DNA of 42,038 nucleotides. Origin: Kiritimatiellia bacterium. Its GTDB lineage: Bacteria > Verrucomicrobiota > Kiritimatiellia > CAIKKV01 > CAITUY01. The DNA lies in contig JBIKMI010000001.1 in assembly GCA_044359285.1 (NCBI GenBank), positions 1 to 42,038 of the forward strand, given 5' to 3'. A program made the translations under genes and the position numbers. Position 1 is the stretch's first letter. Every line of letters begins with the position of its first letter. A model generated the notes under the pieces. That model was given only the letters and a program-made list of their open reading frames with translations. It did not search any database and was not told the DNA's origin. Below are positions 37,070-42,038 of this stretch, piece after piece.

Positions 37070-37220
37070 CATGAAGTAAAACGTCTTCTGACTTCCGGCT
37101 TCAGACCTACTCCCCCGCCTTCCCCCTGCACAGGCAGGAGTGGTTTTATGGGTTTCGTATCCGGTTACAGCGGCGCGACCGCGTTCGAATTTCACGAACT
37201 TCCGTTCTTACTTCACGGCT
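37070..37220 (-). promoter_or_regulatory. Cobalamin (B12) riboswitch aptamer
   Basis: Minus-strand reading: GTGAAGTAAGAACGGAAGTTCGTGAAATTCGAACGCGGTCGCGCCGCTGTAACCGG...AACCACTCCTGCCTGTGCAGGGGGAAGGCG...GAAGCCGGAAGTCAGAAGACGTTTTACTTCA. This matches the conserved core (GGAA..GGTGAAAtTCC..CgGtCCCGCCaCTGT), the CCACTG...GGGAAGG element and a B12-box-like AGTCAGAAGAC. P1 is closed by GAAGTAA/TTACTTC. Consensus recalled from memory; no covariance model was run. Confidence 0.7.
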
Positions 37221-37459
37221 TCTGGTTATCAAAGAACTGCGCGCACACTACCACGTCTGATTCCTGCGTCAATAGCGATTCGCACCGATTCTCCTTCACT
37301 TTTCCCGCCATTCCCGATAGAGTACCCCCTTAATTCATGCAGTTCCTCTTCCGGCCGGGTGGCGACGAAAGGAGCGTCTGGTGGAAATAGTGTTTGACAC
37401 ATCCCCCCGAAATGAAGTAAACAAGCCCGCTTTTTATGGCCTGAAAGGTTGAACAAAGA

Positions 37460-37891
37460 ATGAAGACATCTCTACCCAAAGAGAGCGAAATCAAGCGCAA
37501 TTGGTTTATTGTTGACGCGGCAGGGAAACCCCTGGGACGGATGGCCGTCAAGGTGGCTAATCTGCTTCGTGGGCGCACCAAGGCGATCTATACGAACCAT
37601 ATTGATACAGGGGACTTTGTCGTCGTTATCAATGCCAAGGACGTGAAGCTCAGCGGCACCAAGGACGACAAGAAGATCTATGAGCGCTATACCGGTTTCC
37701 GGGGCGGTCACAAGACCACCACAGCGGCGGCCATGCGCGAGCGGCACCCCGACCGGATGATCACGAAAGCGGTCGAAGGCATGCTTCCGGGCAATCACAT
37801 GAGCCGGAAAGTCATTAAACGTTTGAAGGTTTTTGCGGGCGCTGAGCATTCTCATGCCGCTCAGAACCCTAAAGTAATTGACATCAAGTAA
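37460..37891 (+). CDS. rplM: 50S ribosomal protein L13
   Basis: KRNWFIVDAAGKPLGRMAVKVANLLRGRTKAIYTNHIDTGDFVVVINA...KIYERYTGFRGG is canonical L13. Confidence 0.95.
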   Translation: MKTSLPKESEIKRNWFIVDAAGKPLGRMAVKVANLLRGRTKAIYTNHIDTGDFVVVINAKDVKLSGTKDDKKIYERYTGFRGGHKTTTAAAMRERHPDRMITKAVEGMLPGNHMSRKVIKRLKVFAGAEHSHAAQNPKVIDIK

Positions 37892-37904
37892 CGAGGGTAT
37901 CCCA

Positions 37905-38303
37905 GTGGCAGAAAAAGTCTTAGATTATCGTGCATCAGGTAGCAGGAAAACATCGGTCGCCCGGGTGTGTCTCACCCCCGGAACCGGCAAGTGGATCGTG
38001 AACAAGAAGGACCCGACCATCTATTTCGGCAACGAAGCCGTGATCAAGTTCATCGAACAGCCCATGAAGCTGACCGATACACTCACCAAGTTTGACCTGA
38101 CGGCCCGCCTGATTGGCGGCGGCACCGTGGGTCAGGCCGGCGCCCTGCGTCAGGCGATCTCCCGCGCCTTGCAGCTGACCGATCCGTCGCTCCGCGCGGC
38201 GCTTAAGGCCAGTGGCTGCATGACCCGCGATTCCCGCATGAAGGAACGCAAGAAATACGGTCAGCCCGGAGCCCGCAAACGCTTCCAGTTCTCGAAGCGT
38301 TAA
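37905..38303 (+). CDS. rpsI: 30S ribosomal protein S9
   Basis: GSRKTSVARVCLTPGTGKWIVN...GGGTVGQAGALRQAISRAL...RDSRMKERKKYGQPGARKRFQFSKR is canonical S9. I preferred the GTG at 37905 with a GAGGG SD, since the track start at 37878 overlaps rplM. Confidence 0.95.
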   Translation: MAEKVLDYRASGSRKTSVARVCLTPGTGKWIVNKKDPTIYFGNEAVIKFIEQPMKLTDTLTKFDLTARLIGGGTVGQAGALRQAISRALQLTDPSLRAALKASGCMTRDSRMKERKKYGQPGARKRFQFSKR

Positions 38304-38328
38304 GCTCATTACGGCTCAGCCGTTCTGT

Positions 38329-38366
38329 CAAAACCCCCGGCCATTACTGGTTCGGGGGTTTTGTTT
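38329..38366. terminator. Bidirectional intrinsic terminator between the convergent rpsI and GH30-like genes
   Basis: AAAACCCCCG-loop-CGGGGGTTTT followed by GTTTTC on the plus strand. The complementary strand carries a shorter T-tract. Confidence 0.7.
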
Positions 38367-38367
38367 T

Positions 38368-39732
38368 CTACAACACCATCGTGTTAAACGAGTCCGGCTG
38401 GAGCGTCATCGCCAGGCGGCGGTCTCCATCTTCCAGCACCACACGCCTGAACTCCGGGTCCGGGTTGTGTATAACCAGCACCCGGCTCTCATCGTCCTCA
38501 TTATAAAACGCCACGGCCCGGTCTGCCCACTCCCCTGCCAGACCCAGGCGGACGGCATACCGGTCGACCAGGCACGAGAAATGCCTCATGACATAATAGT
38601 CAGGATTAAGCACGAAGGTCAGCTCCGCCTCATTGACTGAAATCAGGGAATTGAGCGACCGGCCCGTCAGGGTCTTACCCCCCGCCGGAAGTACCAGGTT
38701 ATCATGCAGGCACACCTCCACGCCTGCCGTAATCGCCTGCTGGATGGTTGCAAAGGTGGCCTGTCCCTGGGCCCAGGTATTGGTCCCATCCCCCGCCCCG
38801 CAATCGGAGTGCATCAGGCGGATATCCGGAAACGCCCGCCGGATCCGCGGCAGGGTCTGCTGGCCACCCTGCTGACAGGCCACTCCGGCGATAAACTGCA
38901 GGGCCATCGGATCGCTCAAAACGGTCAGGGCATAATCAGCGTAATCAGGGGAATCCAGAGCCCCCAACCACAGCCGCACTGGAATTTTCTGCCGCTCCAT
39001 CACCGGACCGGCATAGTCCCGTATGAAATCACGCAGCTGGGCGCCCGTCCAATAACACCCCGGCCGTCCCAGGGGATCCGCGGGGTTGTTCTGGATCAGC
39101 AGATGATCGATAAGGATCCCCGCTTTCCGGTATCCCTGAATATACCGGGCGAGGTAGAGGGCATAGGCCTCCAGGTTACCGGGCTCCCATCTGATCCGTC
39201 CACAGCCGCCGCCCGCGGACTCCTTCATCCAATCGGGTGGACTCCAGGGGCAGGCCACCGTTTTGAATTTACGGATCCGGTCGAGCGGAATGCGCAGGAA
39301 TGGAATAAGGGCCTCCTGATCCCGGGTCATGCTGAAGCTCTTCCGCGCCCGATCGCCCAGGGGATCCGGTTGCGGATAGGCGGACCGCGCCGCCCCTGAC
39401 ACCCCCAGCGGCGTCCTCGCATAATGGAAGCGACACCCCTCCTCGTGATTGAACAAGGCATGAAGGGCCCGGAGCCGGCCCGCGCCTTTGAGCAAGGCCA
39501 GCGCATCCCACCCCTGCTCGGACACCCCGCCCCCGAAGCCCTCCCAAAGCTGAAACATCCCGCCTTCAAAGCGGAGATTCACCTCGCTTTTGCGGTTCGT
39601 TACCGGTCGCCCCTGCACCCCCCACGGCCGCAGGGGGGTCGAGGCGATCCATAATCCACTCCGTCGTTCCATAGGGCCAAAGATATCCTGACTCCAGCCA
39701 CCCTGTCCATGGCATTGCTCCAAAAAGAACAA
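38368..39732 (-). CDS. Glycoside hydrolase family 30-like protein (glucosylceramidase fold) with non-canonical catalytic positions
   Basis: WEGFGGGVSEQGW, VACPWSPPDWMKES, YIQGYRKAGILIDHLLIQNNP and IRLMHSDCGAGDG...CLHDNLVL align by eye with the GH30 motifs ASPWSPPxWMK, (Q/E)NEP and SE-AC...DWNL. No signal peptide. The start is uncertain (TTG at 39732 or ATG at 39672). Confidence 0.6.
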   Translation of the reverse strand: MFFLEQCHGQGGWSQDIFGPMERRSGLWIASTPLRPWGVQGRPVTNRKSEVNLRFEGGMFQLWEGFGGGVSEQGWDALALLKGAGRLRALHALFNHEEGCRFHYARTPLGVSGAARSAYPQPDPLGDRARKSFSMTRDQEALIPFLRIPLDRIRKFKTVACPWSPPDWMKESAGGGCGRIRWEPGNLEAYALYLARYIQGYRKAGILIDHLLIQNNPADPLGRPGCYWTGAQLRDFIRDYAGPVMERQKIPVRLWLGALDSPDYADYALTVLSDPMALQFIAGVACQQGGQQTLPRIRRAFPDIRLMHSDCGAGDGTNTWAQGQATFATIQQAITAGVEVCLHDNLVLPAGGKTLTGRSLNSLISVNEAELTFVLNPDYYVMRHFSCLVDRYAVRLGLAGEWADRAVAFYNEDDESRVLVIHNPDPEFRRVVLEDGDRRLAMTLQPDSFNTMVL

Positions 39733-39770
39733 TTGTAGTCTCCGCCGGCGTTGCTACCATAGCTTCCCTT

Positions 39771-40685
39771 ATGGATACCCCTGTCATCGAGGCGGCGCAG
39801 CTCCGCAAATGCTACGGCGCGTTCACCGCGGTTGACGGCATCTCCTTTACCGTCCAGAAAGGGGAACTTTTCGGCCTGCTGGGTCCGAATGGCGCAGGAA
39901 AAACCTCCACGATCCGCATGATCTACGGCTTTTCGCCCCGGAGCGACGGTACCCTGAAAGTATTCGGGGACGACATCACCACGCACTGGCGATCGATCCG
40001 CGCCCGTATCGGCGTGTGCCATCAGGACAACAGCCTGGATGAGGAAATTTCCGTTCGCGATAACCTGGAAATATTTGCCGGATTCTTCGGCATCCCCAGC
40101 GGGGTTGCCCATGAACGCGCCTCGCGGTTATTGGAATTTTTCGGCCTGGGAAATCGCGAGACACTGAATGTGAAATCGCTTTCCGGCGGCATGATGCGCC
40201 GGCTGGCACTCGCCCGGGGCCTGATGAATGAACCGGATCTGCTCATCCTGGATGAACCCACGACCGGACTGGACCCCCAGACCCGGCACCAGCTCTGGGA
40301 CCGGCTGGCCCAGCTCAAGCAACGGGGCGTGACCATTCTCCTCACCACTCACTACATGGAGGAGGCCTCCCTGCTGTGCGACCGGCTCATTATTGTGGAC
40401 CACGGAAAAATCCTGGTTGAAGGCCGGCCGAAGGACCTGATCGCCCGCTACGTCGGCAATAAGGTGATTGAAAACAGTCCCGTCTGTCCGACCTTGCGTG
40501 ATTACGTCATCTCCCATGGCCTGGATCACGAGGACCTCGGGCACCGCATGCTGATTTACTGCAAGGATCACGAAGCGATCTATGATGAAATCACCCGTTC
40601 CTACTGCCACGACAACTGCATCCTGCGCATGGGCACCCTGGAAGATGTCTTCCTCAAGCTGACGGGCCGGGAGTTGCGCGAATGA
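39771..40685 (+). CDS. ABC transporter ATP-binding protein (ABC-2, DrrA/NodI-like)
   Basis: Walker A GLLGPNGAGKTST, signature LSGGMMRRLALA, Walker B LLILDEPTTGLD, H-loop TTHYMEEA. Confidence 0.9.
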   Translation: MDTPVIEAAQLRKCYGAFTAVDGISFTVQKGELFGLLGPNGAGKTSTIRMIYGFSPRSDGTLKVFGDDITTHWRSIRARIGVCHQDNSLDEEISVRDNLEIFAGFFGIPSGVAHERASRLLEFFGLGNRETLNVKSLSGGMMRRLALARGLMNEPDLLILDEPTTGLDPQTRHQLWDRLAQLKQRGVTILLTTHYMEEASLLCDRLIIVDHGKILVEGRPKDLIARYVGNKVIENSPVCPTLRDYVISHGLDHEDLGHRMLIYCKDHEAIYDEITRSYCHDNCILRMGTLEDVFLKLTGRELRE

Positions 40686-41473
40686 GCCGCCCCACCCACT
40701 CCCTTTCCTGGCGGCTCCTGCGGGTCTGGCAGCGCGACTGGCGGGTCACCCGGCGCTCCTGGCTGATCGGATTCCTCACCCCCCTGCTGGAGCCGGTCCT
40801 CTATATCGCCTCCCTCGGCTTTGGCTTCCGCCTGCTCATCCCCGAGGTTCATTATGGCGGGCAGACCCTGACCTATGTGGTATTTATGGCGCCAGCCATT
40901 ATCGCCACGAACATCATGTACACGGCCTTCATGGAGAATTCGTTTTCGTCGTTCGTCCGGATGTATTACCAGAAAACCTATGATGCCATCATGGCGACCC
41001 CGCTCTCCGTCGACGAGATTATTGCCGGTGAAATCGCCTGGGGCGCCACCAAATCCCTCATGACAGCGACCATTATGACGGCGGTCCTGAGCGGGTTCGG
41101 CCTGGTTCATTATCCGACCGGACTGGGAATCCTTCCGCTGGCCTTCGTGGGCGGCCTGCTGTTCGGCTGCATCGGCATGATCTTCACCGGCATTGTCAAA
41201 AGCATCGAAATGTTCAATCTGCCGATTTTTCTCTTCATCACCCCGATGTACCTCTTCAGCGGCACCTTCTTTCCCCTGGAAAATCTACCCGACTGGGCCA
41301 GGGTCGTTGCCTGGCTTCTCCCGCTTTCCCATCTGGTGACTTTGGCGCGTAATTTATGCCTGGGCACCATTACGGCGGGCCAGATTGCGGTGTCCGGCGG
41401 CTATCTGGTCATCACCACGGCACTCTTGTTCCCCGTGGCGATCCGGGTCATGCGGCGCCGCCTGATCAAGTAA
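40682..41473 (+). CDS. ABC-2 type transporter permease
   Basis: 263 aa with about 6 TM helices. ATGA overlap with the ATPase gene. Typical ABC-2 (DrrB/NodJ-like) size and hydrophobicity pattern. Confidence 0.85.
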   Translation: MSRPTHSLSWRLLRVWQRDWRVTRRSWLIGFLTPLLEPVLYIASLGFGFRLLIPEVHYGGQTLTYVVFMAPAIIATNIMYTAFMENSFSSFVRMYYQKTYDAIMATPLSVDEIIAGEIAWGATKSLMTATIMTAVLSGFGLVHYPTGLGILPLAFVGGLLFGCIGMIFTGIVKSIEMFNLPIFLFITPMYLFSGTFFPLENLPDWARVVAWLLPLSHLVTLARNLCLGTITAGQIAVSGGYLVITTALLFPVAIRVMRRRLIK

Positions 41474-41479
41474 GGCGGC

Positions 41480-42013
41480 TCATACCACCACGATTTTAGC
41501 CGTGGGCGCCGCGTGTTTCAGCGGGGCGAGGGCCAACTTCCGGGACGCGCCGATCCTCCCGGGATCGAGGGGCATTTTTGCATCGCCCAGCGCCCAGATG
41601 AGCGCGTCGCGGAGCTCGCCATCCACGTAGGCCAGACGGCGGGCCAGTTCGCAGGCAATTTCGCGATAGAGTTTCAAGCCGACAGCCGGTTTGGCGAGGA
41701 TCAATTTCTCAAAGGTATCCCGTGAAAACTCCAGCACCTGCGTGGCCTCCAGGGCGACGACGCTGGCCGAACGGGACTCCACCCCGAGGAAGCAGACCTC
41801 CCCGAAAATATCAAGGGGCCCCAGTTCAACCAGCTTCTTATGCTTATCGGGGCCGATACTCTTGCGCACTTCCACACGGCCATTCAGGACCAGGAAAAAG
41901 GAGGATCCTGCTTCACCCTCCCTGATCAGCGCCTCCCCGGCCCCCGCCTTCATCGGGACGCCAATGGCTTCCACGGCCGCCATTTCGCTTGAAGTCAGGT
42001 CATGCAGAATCAT
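41480..42013 (-). CDS. Cyclic nucleotide-binding domain protein
   Basis: GEALIREGEAGSSFFLVLNGRVEV...LGPLDIFGEVCFLGVESRSASVVALEATQVLEFSRDTFEKLI is a cNMP-binding beta-roll with the FGE...RSA phosphate-binding cassette. No Crp-type HTH follows it. Confidence 0.8.
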   Translation of the reverse strand: MILHDLTSSEMAAVEAIGVPMKAGAGEALIREGEAGSSFFLVLNGRVEVRKSIGPDKHKKLVELGPLDIFGEVCFLGVESRSASVVALEATQVLEFSRDTFEKLILAKPAVGLKLYREIACELARRLAYVDGELRDALIWALGDAKMPLDPGRIGASRKLALAPLKHAAPTAKIVVV

Positions 42014-42038
42014 CGCCCCCCCAATCCCCTTACGGCAC

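Noticed and set aside
36937-37195. Small minus-strand ORFs (36937-37131, 37004-37195) in the btuB leader
   Set aside because: They overlap the riboswitch aptamer and the terminator hairpin, and they have no SD. The RNA-structure explanation is better supported.
37275-37306. Second cobalamin-riboswitch-like motif (minus strand GGGAAAAGTGAAGGAGAATCGGTGCGAATCGC), which would suggest a tandem riboswitch
   Set aside because: The required CCCGCCACTGT core and a B12 box do not follow it. It lies upstream of the best candidate promoter hexamers for the leader.
1-42038. CRISPR arrays, tRNA/rRNA genes, prophage or integron structures
   Set aside because: No regularly spaced direct repeats, no cloverleaf-like or rRNA-like conserved segments in the intergenic regions, and no phage structural or integrase genes were seen.

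Overview
High-GC bacterial chromosomal window. The gene content suggests an anaerobe of the PVC-superphylum type, but that is inference only. I support about 30 CDSs, and nearly all of those between 3.1 kb and 36.8 kb are on the minus strand. I found no rRNA, tRNA or CRISPR array. Housekeeping genes are clpB, proC, rplM-rpsI, an acyl-CoA dehydrogenase and an ABC-2 exporter pair. Four parts look accessory or unusual. (1) A tightly overlapping operon (33612->23612, minus strand) combines two membrane-anchored beta-propeller proteins, a Tat-exported NapG-like ferredoxin, a NapH-like polytopic Fe-S protein, a fused NuoE-NuoF protein and a 2Fe-2S/GltD-like flavoprotein, followed by a translationally coupled GT4 glycosyltransferase. 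No known catalytic partner is present, so this is my best candidate for an undescribed trans-membrane redox system. (2) An ECF sigma factor is ATGA-coupled to an anti-sigma factor fused to a YfbK-like VWA domain, followed by a 2161-aa internally duplicated membrane protein of unknown function. (3) A complete archaeal-type topoisomerase VI pair (top6B-top6A) is present. (4) A cobalamin riboswitch with a terminator precedes a btuB-like receptor, tonB and a stand-alone Smr gene. The window also holds an edge-truncated HUH/Y1 (RayT/IS200-like) transposase that is missing from the supplied ORF track, a perfect 48-bp palindrome, a GC-rich REP-like hairpin, and a GH30-like protein in which both catalytic glutamates appear substituted. 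Every family assignment comes from motif recognition by eye. No database search was run.
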